From positions 1,426,001 to 1,490,000 of the forward strand of contig NW_027138407.1 in the NCBI RefSeq assembly GCF_035084215.1: a DNA stretch of 64,000 nucleotides, given 5' to 3'. The position numbers and the translations under genes were made by a program. The DNA comes from Heptranchias perlo (Eukaryota). Below, piece by piece: positions 10,231-20,998 of the stretch (position 1 is the stretch's first letter; each line of letters starts with the position of its first letter). A model generated the notes under the pieces. The model was not told where the DNA came from. It worked only from the letters and a program-made list of their open reading frames with translations, and did no database searches.

Positions 10231-10294
10231 TACGGCGGTGGATATACAGATGTTCTTACGTTTGGAAATTGAACCTTGTTCAGTGTAGACTTGA
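10231..10294 (+). pseudogene. J-delta e, pseudo (YGGGYTDVLTFGN*TLFSVDL)
   Basis: CACCGTG heptamer at 10224; in-frame TGA in the FGxG motif, shared with copy 2. Confidence 0.75.
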
Positions 10295-11184
10295 GTGCTT
10301 TCAAATAGCCCCTGTCTCATAATCATGAATTGCAAAAAAAAAGTAATCTAGATTCACAGGTCATTGTGCGCTATTTTGCGATCAATGTACGTTTAGATAT
10401 TATGGGTTGGATTTCTCTCGCAAAAGCCAACCTCACACAAGCACAGCTAATCCGTAAAACCCCAATTATCTGATCCCGTGAATTGTGTTGTTTCATGGAA
10501 TTGAACCAGTAATCTACATTTGATGGAAAAAAACAGGAAATAACATTTTTATGGAGGGAACTGGAGTCAATGGGTTCAGATACGTTTGCCTCATTATCTA
10601 AGGATTTGAGCAACTAACATTTTTACGAGGCGTCATTAATTTAAAATATCCACTAAGGGGAGGGAGATGAGAGAAATTTCTGTGAACAGAGTTATTGGAA
10701 AATTGGATGTTTTTGAACAGGGAATGGTTGAGGGTTTTTAAATGATGAAAGGATTTGACAGGGTAGATAGAGAAATACTAATTCCTCTGGTGGGGGAGTC
10801 CAGAACAAAGGGGCATAATCTTAAAATTGGAACTAGGCCGTTCAGTGGTGATGTCAGGAAGCACTTCTTCACACAAAGGGAAGTGGAAATCTGGAACTAT
10901 GTTGAGGCTGGGGGTCAATAGAAAATTTCAAAACTGGGATTGAAAGATTTTATTAGGCAAGGTTGTTAAGGGTTCCGGTACCAAGGCGGGTAAATTGAGT
11001 TAAGACATAAATAAGCCATGATCTTATTGAATAGCAGAACAGGCTCGAGCGGATGCTTTTTAAAAAAATATGTGTGGACTATTATTTTATTATCGAATGT
11101 CATTATTAGTCATTTATAGATCTACCACTGTGCTCACATTGATGAATTCTGAACAGTTTTCCCGTTCTATTCTTTAATTTTCAG

Positions 11185-11505
11185 AGGACAAAACTCCGAA
11201 AGAGCCAACCGTGTCGGTCTTTTACCCGCCCGTGATACAAAATGGGGACGGGGACAGTGCCGATACGGTGGCGGTATGTCTGGTGTCGGAATTCTCCCCC
11301 AAGGAGATTGGGCTCTTCATGGATACGATCACTGTCCCAAAGACCAATGTCACGAGATCCAGTCACTTATTGAACAACGGGTATTACAGGAGCTCAGGGT
11401 TCCTCTCTTTCAATTCATCCAAACAATCAGTAAATGTCACGTGTGAGGCAAGACATAGGGCTCAATCTTTCTATGCAAAACGCGACAGCCAGGATTCTGC
11501 AGCCG
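11185..11505 (+). CDS. TRDC: TCR delta-type constant region exon 1 (Ig C1 domain), cassette 1
   Basis: TTTTCAG acceptor; PTVSVFYPP..AVCLVSEFSPKEI..YRSSGFL..VTCEARH with both Cys; GTGAGT donor; position downstream of NAR-TCR and supporting V implies delta. Confidence 0.85.
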
Positions 11506-11530
11506 GTGAGTAATAAAATGTTTCATAAAT

Positions 11531-11985
11531 AAAGAACTTGCATTTATAAAGTGCCTTCGACGGTCTCAGGAATTCCCAAAGCGCTTTACTTTCAATTAAG
11601 TATTGTTTGACGTGTAAACACAGTTGTAATGTAGGGGAACGCGGCAGCCAATATGTGCACAGGGAGATCCAACAAACAAAGCAATGTGATAAATGACCAG
11701 TTAATCTGTTTGAGGGATAAATATTGACCGGGACACCGAGGAGAACTTCCCTGCTCTTCTTCGAAATAGTCCCGTGGGATCTTCTGCATCCACTGGAGAG
11801 GACAGACGAGGCTTCCGTTAAACGTCTCAACCGAAAGACGGCACCTCGTACAGTGCTGCGCTCCCACAATACTTCCACTGGTAGTGTCGGCCTAGATTAT
11901 GGTCTCAAGTCCCTCGCGTGGGATTAGAACCAACAAACTTCTGATACAAAAGCCAGAGTGCTACCATTGAGCCACGGCTGACACA
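11531..11985 (-). mobile_element. tRNA-derived SINE in C intron 1 (similar copies at ~18615-19030 and ~50900-51360)
   Basis: Minus strand begins GTGTCAGCCGTGGCTCAATGGTAG (A box) with a GTTC B-box-like motif; dispersed copies in the window. Confidence 0.7.
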
Positions 11986-12157
11986 ATAATCGAAGGCCGA
12001 CTGTGATCAATAATAGGATGAAGAATCAATACTGCTACTTTGTTATTACTTCCTCCATTATTACTACCAGTAACGATAATAATAACAGTGATAATAATAA
12101 CGACAAAGCAACAACAAAGTAACTTACTCAATAAATCCTTTACATGTTTGTTTGCAG

Positions 12158-12229
12158 GCCCCGGCAGAAAGCCTGATTGTGGAAAACGTTCAAACAATTC
12201 CAGAGCAGGAATAAAGGACACGGAAACAG
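12158..12229 (+). CDS. TRDC: TCR delta constant exon 2 (connecting peptide GPGRKPDCGKRSNNSRAGIKDTET), cassette 1
   Basis: TTTGCAG acceptor, GTCAGT donor, phase 1/1; contains the interchain Cys. Confidence 0.85.
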
Positions 12230-12435
12230 GTCAGTGCCTCATGTTAAATATGTTTAGATAAAAGACAGACAGTCAGAAAAAAAAAGAGATGGATAGATAC
12301 ATAGATAGATGTATAATAACCAGCCAGCTAAATAGAGCAATACATTCCAATTTTGTGGTACTGATACATTTATTTTAGTGAAATACAGTAGGTTTGTTTC
12401 ACTAAATCAACTCCTTAATTTTATAATTAACACAG

Positions 12436-12545
12436 ATCGACCGAGGGTGAATTTTCTGTCTTTGACCGTGTTGGGATTGAGAGTTCTCTTTTTGAAGTGC
12501 GTTGCTTTCAATGTCCTGCTGACGGCCAGAGTGTGGTTATTTTAA
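12436..12545 (+). CDS. TRDC: TCR delta constant exon 3 (TM/cytoplasmic DRPRVNFLSLTVLGLRVLFLKCVAFNVLLTARVWLF*), cassette 1
   Basis: TCR alpha/delta TM signature with intramembrane R and K for CD3 assembly; TAA, then G and a GTGAGA donor. Confidence 0.9.
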
Positions 12546-15376
12546 GGTGAGACTGATTACCCCAATGGACATGCAGAATATAATTTGTTTTTAACAATAT
12601 TGTTAGCAATGAACTTGGCAATCATTAAAATCAATCTCTCCGTTCCCATTCCTATAACCGGTGGCCGATTCGCAACGCCACTCTTACACCAGACACTGAA
12701 AATAGTCTTGTACTATTTGGGAGTAAAATCCAACTTCGGCGTGGGCGCAAAACAACCTGTCGAGTATCGGCCTCCTCTGATACACCCTGTCCGATTTTCC
12801 TTTGCCTTATATTAGAATTATCACTCGATCCATCCACTGCCCATTTTACAACCCATCGAAGTTGAATTTTAACCCCTTTGTCTTCAGAAACTTGTCCAGA
12901 TTTGGAACATTTCTAATGTATTTCTGTGCCCCATTGAATAAAGCCTTAATATTGCCAAGCCCCAAATCAATAAATCTGCTCATGCATTTATCAATCTGTT
13001 TATTTTCTGTTGCACCTCTTCATTGCTTGAATATCCATTTTAAAACAAGATACCCACAGGTGCACACAGTACTCGAGTTGTGAACCAACTCACGATTTGT
13101 ACAAGTGCATCATCAGCCACTTGGTATGATGAGCCCTCTGGTATAGCATAACCTTGTGCTCAAATCTCTCCATGACCTCGCCCCTCCTTATCTCCAAATC
13201 CTCCTCCAGCCCTACAAGCCTCCGAGAACTCTGTATTCCTCCAGTTCCGGCATCTTGTGCATCCACCACTCCCTTCGCCTCACCACTGGCGGCCGTGCCT
13301 TCAGCTGTCTAAAACCTCCATAAAGCTCACCGCCTCTCCACATCTCCACTCCATGAAGATCGTCCTCAAAACCTGCCACTTTGACCAAGCTTGTGGTCAC
13401 CTGACCTTATATCTCCATATGTGTCTAATTTTGTTCGTAAACGCTGCTGTGAACGGCCTTGGGACGTTTTACTTCGTTAAAGGCGCTGCATGAATGTAAG
13501 TTGCTATTGTTGCTGTTGCAGCAAAATTAATGTCTTTGACTCGACTTTAAAATATCTGTCTATCTCTGGCCCCTGGATCTCACGGTTTCTCTGCTTGATC
13601 ACAATTCGGCTTATATTTCCATTCTCGATTCTTTTCCCCCAAACATGTTCGAGCTCACACAGGTCCACGATGAGCTCCCTTTGCCATATATCTCCCCGCT
13701 CTTCTGAACGACGCATGTCCTCCTGCAATCTGCCCCATTTTTTCCACCATGTCCCCATCCCTGAAATTATAGGTTTAGCAAAATTGATATCTCCTTCACG
13801 GCTATGTACAAATCACGCATGTCTACGAATAACAAGAGAGGTACAAACACCAAATCTACTCACATCCCACCAGCCACATTTTGCGAACCTGAAAAAAAAA
13901 CATTTACTACCTTCACTCTGTTAATTTCTAATATTTACCCGTTTCTGAGGTTGGGTTGCATAAACATGGCTTCTGTTCCCTTGAGTATAGAAGATTAAGG
14001 GGTGATCTGATGGAGCTGTTTAAAATGTTAAAAGCAGGCGATAGGGTAGATACAGAGAAACTATTTCCTCTTGTGGGGGAATCAATAACGAGGCGACATA
14101 ATCTGACAATTAGAGCTGGGACATTTAAAAGGGAAATCAGCAAGCATTTTTTTCACAAAAAGGGTGGTAGAAATCTAAAATTTCCTCTCCCAAAAGGTTA
14201 TGGATGCTGGAGAACAATTGAGCTTTCACGACTGAGACAGATAGATTTTTTCACAGAAGGGTATCAAGGGATATGGAGCTGATGTGGGAAAATGGCGTTG
14301 AGGCACAGATCAACCATCTCATTGAATGCAGACTCGAGGGGCTGAATGGCCTCCTCCTGTTCCTATTGTTCCTATGTTCGGTACTGGCCCACAAGCCCCT
14401 GGTACGGAATTCCGGTGCCATCTATATTTAAATACTATAACATGAAATGAATTGAAAGAGACTGCAACTCTATACCTTCATTGTCGCTGTTAGGTAGCGA
14501 GACCATTATGGGAGCACCTGCACCGCGTGGACTGCAGCGGTTCAATAAGAAGGCCCATTACCACCTTCTCAAGGGCAACTAAGGAGGACAATGAATGCCG
14601 TCCTTGCCAGCGACGCCCATATCCCGAGATTTTTTTTTAAAAACTGCATTGTTACAATTGAGCTAAAAAAATTGAACAGGAAATGTTGACCTAACAACTT
14701 ACAATGGTAACCGTATATCCATCAGGAAAGGCTGAACAGGCTGAGGCTCTTTTCACTCGGAAACAGAAGTCTGAGGAGTGACCTGATCGAGGTCTTTAGG
14801 ATTATGAAAGTGGTTGATAGGCTAGATGTAGAGAAGATGTTTCCACTCTTGATTTAAAACAAATCTAGGGGCCATAAATTAAAGATTGTCACCAATAAAT
14901 CCAATAGGGAATTCAATAGAAACGTCTTTACTCAAAGAGTGGTTAGATGTGGCTCTCGCTATCACATGAAATAGTTTAGGCAAATAGCATAGATGTATTT
15001 AAGGGGAAGCTAGATAAGTACATAAGGGAGTAAGGAATAGAAGGATATGTTGATAGGGTGAGATGAAGAGGGGTTGGAGGGTGTTAATGTGGATCATAAT
15101 CACTGGCATTGACTCGTTGGGCCGAATGGCCTGTATTTATGCTGTACATTCTATGTAATGCCAAGTAATATAGATAGAAGAACATAGGCAAGCCGTATGG
15201 ATGCGTTCAGTGATTCAGAATTTGCACAGCACAATTTTTCAAGGTGGAGAGTTGGGAGCAGAAATGCATTCATCATCTTAAAGTTGAATAAAGATTAAAC
15301 TTGTGATTTACTCGTACACTGTTCGATGTCACTTCTTGTACTCCACTCATTACTACTGGTTTTTTCAATCAAACAG

Positions 15377-16330
15377 GAATTCTCTCCGATGAAATGGATT
15401 CCAGCGTGAACACAACCCACTGGGAATTCAGAGCCCGAGACATCGAGTTCAGCTGACTCACCTTACTTTAATTCAATATAGCATGTGTTAAATGACTAAT
15501 TCTCTGCTGCTGCCACTGTTAAACTTTCTACTTTAGTAAACTTTTGTCCAATTGCTGTGACATATTGATTTTATACTCATAGTTTTGTGGAAGTCTCATT
15601 GCATGTACGAGGTAAACAAATTGATTACATGCATGAAAATCATAGATTTAAATATGTAGAGCACACAATTATGTTTTATGCTTGAATTAGTCATAAGAAC
15701 AGCTTCAAAATAGCATTTTAGATTAAAATAAAGATATAATTTTACATGTTTTTCTTCGAATCATGGCATCTTACAGCACAGACTGGGGACATTGGGCCCA
15801 TCGTGCCTGTGCCGTCTCTTTAAAAGAGCTTTCCAGTTGGTCCCACTCACCCTGCTCTTTCCCCAAACTCCTGCAAATGTTTGCTTTTCTCTGAAAGTTA
15901 TTTTAGTTTCTTTATTTCTTATAATTTAAATGCGCCAGATGGATTTCTTTGACAGACATCTGTCTGCATTGGAAGCAAAGCATTCAACTCAAGAGTTGTG
16001 TCTGAACTGTTACCAGGAAGGCTAGATTTAAAATATCCCGTAGCTATTCTCTCGTTCTGGTTTTAATGTCACTCTATCTTTACCATTTTGGGGGAGAGAT
16101 TTTCTCTGTTGGCCTCGCATTAGGAGCGTGACAAACGGAAAAGAAATTACCCTCTGTTCTCGATTGTCAGCGAGTGGATACTGTTTTGTTCTACTGTAAT
16201 CGTTTTCTCCGTGAATGTTTGGATGTACTGCCATTAATCATCTATATATTTGGTAAATGTAATGATGCGCGGTTTCAAACCTATTTTTCAAATTGTAACG
16301 CAATGTGAATAAAGCATTTAGTTTTGGTCA
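15377..16330 (+). other. Probable C exon 4 (3' UTR), cassette 1
   Basis: Conserved pyrimidine-rich ..CAAACAG acceptor in both copies; AATAAA at 16308 conserved at 55735; exon ends are inferred. Confidence 0.55.
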
Positions 16331-16489
16331 ACATATAAAATGAGTTGCCTTTCTCTTTGAATTTCAAATGGAACTTTTGGGGTCTCTAATCTAAAGTTAT
16401 TGTACAACACAAAAGCCTGCGCCTCGGCATCAGTCACCAGGCTTATTTATTTCCATTTTTTAAACATCAAGCGGCAGCAGGAGGGTTAA

Positions 16490-16740
16490 TTGACGTTAGG
16501 CTCCGTGTTTCGACCACAGCTGTTAAGAAATAACGATTCACGAATTGCCTCTTGACTGGGGGAGCCGGAGCCCCGTTGACAAGGCAACCAAGGGCAGCAG
16601 GAAATGGGTTGATGGTGCGGTTTCAGCGAACACGGTCGCGTAATCTGTCAGTTTAAACATACGGGCCAACTGCGGTTTAATTGACTGAGGCTGGAATCTG
16701 AAGCAGCGAGGTGGCAGTTAGGCGGGGGAGGGGAGGGCGG
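16490..16740. promoter_or_regulatory. Candidate 3' TCR enhancer (RUNX/MYB/ETS cluster); paralog at ~55920-56170
   Basis: Non-repeat block conserved in both copies with ACCACA+CTGTTA, CCGTTG, CAGGAAAT and TGCGGT. Confidence 0.45.
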
Positions 16741-19700
16741 ATGTTGCAATAAGCAAGAATATAAAATAATAGCAACATTAACAATTGACTTTCTGAGCAA
16801 CACTGTTTGGGGCAGTTTTTTAAAGCATAAATTTTATCTGTTATCTCGGATGCAACAAATGTCCATCAAAAACACTCCTGTGACTGTATTAAAATGTAAA
16901 GTCTGAATGCAGCCGTGCAGTATACTTGGATCAATCTGTTTATTTACTTTACACAAGATATCACTTAACTTAACGTTTTAATTGTTCATGTCCCTTTGCT
17001 TCCACAAAGGATATTTAGGAGCTGTTCCTTCTCAAGCCCCCAACGTCTTCCCTTCCTCCTCAAATCCATACAGACGTGATGAGCACAAATCCCACCATTG
17101 GCAATTTGTGAAATTGAATTTTTAAAACATCTGTTAATTTGCAAGCTATTACCAGATAAAATTCCAATGAAAACAGCGGGATTGTGGCAATAACCGAAAT
17201 GGGCCACTAATGTCTTTCAGGGGAGCGACCTGGCCCAATGCATAAACAAAACATTGCGGATGCTGAAAATCTGAAATAAAAGCAGAAAATGCTGGAAACA
17301 CTGAACGGGTCAGGCACGATCTGTCGAGAGAATCAGAGCTAACGTTTCAAATCGATGTCCTTTCATGAGAACTGGAACATGATAGAGAAGAACAGTTTTC
17401 AGGCAAGTACAGAGCCAGAGGGATAAAAGGGTTGGGGATGCAGTGAAAGTACAACAGGGAAGCTCTGTGCTGGATGGAGCGGCAGAAGATGATTAAATGA
17501 CAAAGGGGATGATGGTGCAAGGCAAAAGGTAATGGGACAAGTAAAGAAACAAAAGTTAGTTCCAGAGGCGGTGACAGTGTTTAGAGTAAAATAAGCAGAG
17601 GTGGAGGGAAGCAGGGAAATCTGGCAAGAAGGTGAAGGCTCCCGTGGCCCTGGATTGTGGAGGAAGAAAGGCAGTTGGGCCCCAGCGGTGCGGACCATCC
17701 CGTCGGTCGATAGGGGTTCCCTGCCCCATTTTTTATGAACTACATGTGACTGCAATCTCACAGTATGTGGTTTGCTCTGAATGTCCTCGGGGAACTAGGG
17801 ATGGGCAGTAATTACAGCCAGATCAGGAAGATTATCCCTCCATTGAAATTAGCGGACCAGAAATCCGGCGGGTTCTGAAGGAGGCGTTCCAATCAATCCG
17901 GCGGTTCTCCTCTGCTGTGCCCCGTCCGGGCGATGCTTGAAGCCCAGAGGGTCAAGGCTAAAAGCTAGCCCAGAATGCAGTGAGCAAAGCACTGAGGGGC
18001 AGAAATTTACCAGGGTCGATTTTCACCTGTTGCATTCGCCCTCAAGCATCGGATCGGCCAAGAGACGTGTAGAAACAACACCGGGACAGAGTTCATGTAC
18101 CCAATAGCCTGCTCCTCTGCTGAAATATTCTACGTTTCTATAGTCCACGGTTTATAAGGCCACGGTATACTATCTCATTCTTTCCCAGAGCTTTCAGATG
18201 TGCAAGTCCGCTCCACACTCGTCCCTTCCTTTGACAGCCGACGAGCTTTTCAGGCCCAAACTTTTTCTCACTTTATCACCAATTGTTCACCTAGCGGGTC
18301 TTCTCTTCACCTCCTTTTCAAAAGGGAATGAAACTTAGAAAGCGCTTTGGGCCTTCGACTTCAATCTGAACACTCGTGGGTGAATGGACGCTAATGGGAA
18401 ATGCGCCTGCTCAAAGACTATGATGACATGCATATTTTTCCACTTGCGTTGATTACTCCGATCACAACCCTCTGATTAATGTACATCCTGAGTGGGCATC
18501 CGAACAATAGACACGGTTTTTCATGTACTCCGAAAGTAGGTTTCAGTAATTTTCCCTGTGACCTGACGTGCGCGCCGTAGCTGTTAAAAGTAAGAATGAA
18601 GGAATAAAAGTAAGAAAGAACTAGCATTTACATTTCGACTTTCACGACCCCAGAACGTCCCAAAGCGCTTTACAGCCAAGGGAGAACTACTTGAAGTGTA
18701 GACATTGCTGTAATGTCGGAAACCGGCAGCCAATTTGCACACAGCAAGATCCCACTAAAGGCGCGATAATGACCAGATAATCTGTTTTGATGGTGTTTTT
18801 TTGAGGGACAAATATTGGCCAAGACATCGGGGAGAACACTTATTCGAAATACTGCCATGGGACCTTTTACGTCTACCCGAGAGGACAGAGGAGGCCTCCG
18901 TTTAACGTCTGATACGAAAGACGGCGCCTCCGACAGTGGGGCACTTCGCTCAGTGCTGGAACTCGATTGTCAACTTCGATTGGTGCTCAAGTCTCCAGAG
19001 TGGGACTTGAACCCACGACCTTCTGACCCAAGGGCGACTGTATGGAAACATTTTGGCTTGTTGCAAGTGAAAGCAGATCGACATGGCAATAATATCAAAG
19101 ATATGAATCAGACATACTTTGATATTTAATGCCTCCTGTTAATTTCTACTATCATAATTTCATTTAGGTTATGGTCTTTTCAGAAATAGTAGTTCTCCGA
19201 TTTACAATCCCTTAATTTTTCATAAAATCGTCGCAATTTACAATACATAATATGGTCATTCGGCCCGGTCTCTTGTTTATTTTACATAAAATTTACAGCG
19301 CAGAAACATACCATTCGGTCCAATTGGTCTATGCCGGTCTTTATGCTCCACACGAGCCTCCTACCACCCTATTAATCTCACCCTATCCATATAACCTCCT
19401 ATTCCTTTCTCCCTCATGTACTTCTCTAGCTTCCCTTGAAATGCATCTATGAATTTTAAAAGCGTTATCCTCCATGTCTCATTCATCCTGTACTTTCCTC
19501 AGGCCACTTTTATCAGCTTGAAATTTTTTTTCGGTTTTCCTTTGAAAACCATTACGTCCATCACTATTTCCATCACTGTTTCTGCCAGAATATTCTGACT
19601 ATCCTGCCTTACTCTCTTCCTGCATTCTTTTTGTACCAAGAATTTACAGCACAGGAACTGGCCAATCAGCCTAACAGGTCCATATCGGTGTATATGCTCC

Positions 19701-19955
19701 ATAAGAGCCTCCTCCCACCCTACTTAATCTAAACCTATCAACATATCCTTCTAATCCTTTCTCCCTCATGTACTTGTCGAGCTAAACATTTAAGGCACCT
19801 ATGCTCTGCGCCTCAACCAGTCCACCTGGTAGTGAGATCCATATTCTCACCACTATCTGGGTCAAGAAGTTACTCCTTAATGTTTTTGTGGTGATATTAA
19901 ATTTAGTTTTCGACTAGCCATTGCTAATATATTTTGCCCCTATTTAACTCATTAA

Positions 19956-20998
19956 CATAGAAATAGAAGCATAGAAAATAGGAGCAAGAGTACGCCATTC
20001 GGCCGCTCCGGCCTGCTCCACCTTTCAAAATGATCATGGCTGATCGTCTGACTCAGTATCATGTTCCCGCTTTTTCCCCATATCCCTTGATCCCTTTAGC
20101 ATTAAGAAATATATCGATCTCCTTCTTGAAGACATCTAATGACTTGGCCTCCATTGCCTTCTGTGGTAGAGAATTCCACAGGTTCACCACCCTCTGAGTG
20201 AAGAGATTTTACCTCATCTCGGTTCTAAATGGCAAACCCCGTATCCTGAGACTGTGACCCCTGGTTCTGGACTCCCCATCCATCGGGAACATCCTCCCTG
20301 CATCTAGTCTGTCTATTCCTGTCAGAATTTCATATTTTTCGATTAGATCAACTCTCATTCTTCTAAACTCTCGTAAATGTAGGCCTAGTCGACCCAATCT
20401 CTCCTCATACGTCAGTCCTGCAATCCCATGAATCAGTCTGGTAAACCTTACCTGCACTCCCTCCATGGCACGGATATCCTTCCTCAGATAAGGAGACCAA
20501 AACTGCACACAATACTCCAGATGTGGTCGCACCAAGGCTCTGTATAACTGCAGTAAGACATCCCTGCTCCTGTACTCACATCGTCTTGCAATGAAGGCCA
20601 ACATACCATTCGCCATTTCTTTGTTCCCCATTATAATTTCCCCCATTTCTGGCTGGAAGGGACCTACATTTGTCTTCACTAATCTTTTTCTCTTGACATA
20701 TTTATAGAAGCTTTTACGGTCAGTTTTTATGTTCCCTGCTAGTTTACTCTCATACTCTATTTTTCCCCTCTTAATCAATCTCTTTGTCCTCCTTTGCTAA
20801 ATTCTGAACTGCTTACAATCCTCAGGCCTGCCGCTTTTTCTGGCAATCTTATATGTCTCCTCTCTGGATCTAATACTATCCCTAATTTATTTTGTAAGCC
20901 ACGGTTGAGCCACCTTTCCTGTTTTATTTTTGTGCCAGACAGGAATGAATAATTGTTGTAATTCCTGCACACGTTCTTTAAATATTAACCATTGCCTA
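19956..20998 (-). mobile_element. CR1-type LINE fragment (ORF2 C-terminus and 3' tail, internally deleted)
   Basis: ORF 20209-20778 LYRALVRPHLEYCVQFWSPYLRKDI..SRTRGHSL is typical of CR1 ORF2. Confidence 0.88.

Noticed and set aside
10480-10585. Possible sixth J-delta relic (ITF..GTGV)
   Set aside because: No clear RSS or open frame in either copy
11185-12545. Alternative identities for the constant gene (IgNAR/IgH C, or TCR alpha)
   Set aside because: A single C domain plus hinge and an R/K-containing TM excludes IgH/IgNAR. Alpha is less likely given the full two-Cys domain ending TCEARH and the NAR-TCR context, but the TM alone cannot separate alpha from delta, so a phylogeny is needed
18985-19030. 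tRNA-like sequence (minus strand GTCGTGGGTTCAAGTCCCAC)
   Set aside because: It is the head of a tRNA-derived SINE attached to a SINE body, not a complete tRNA gene
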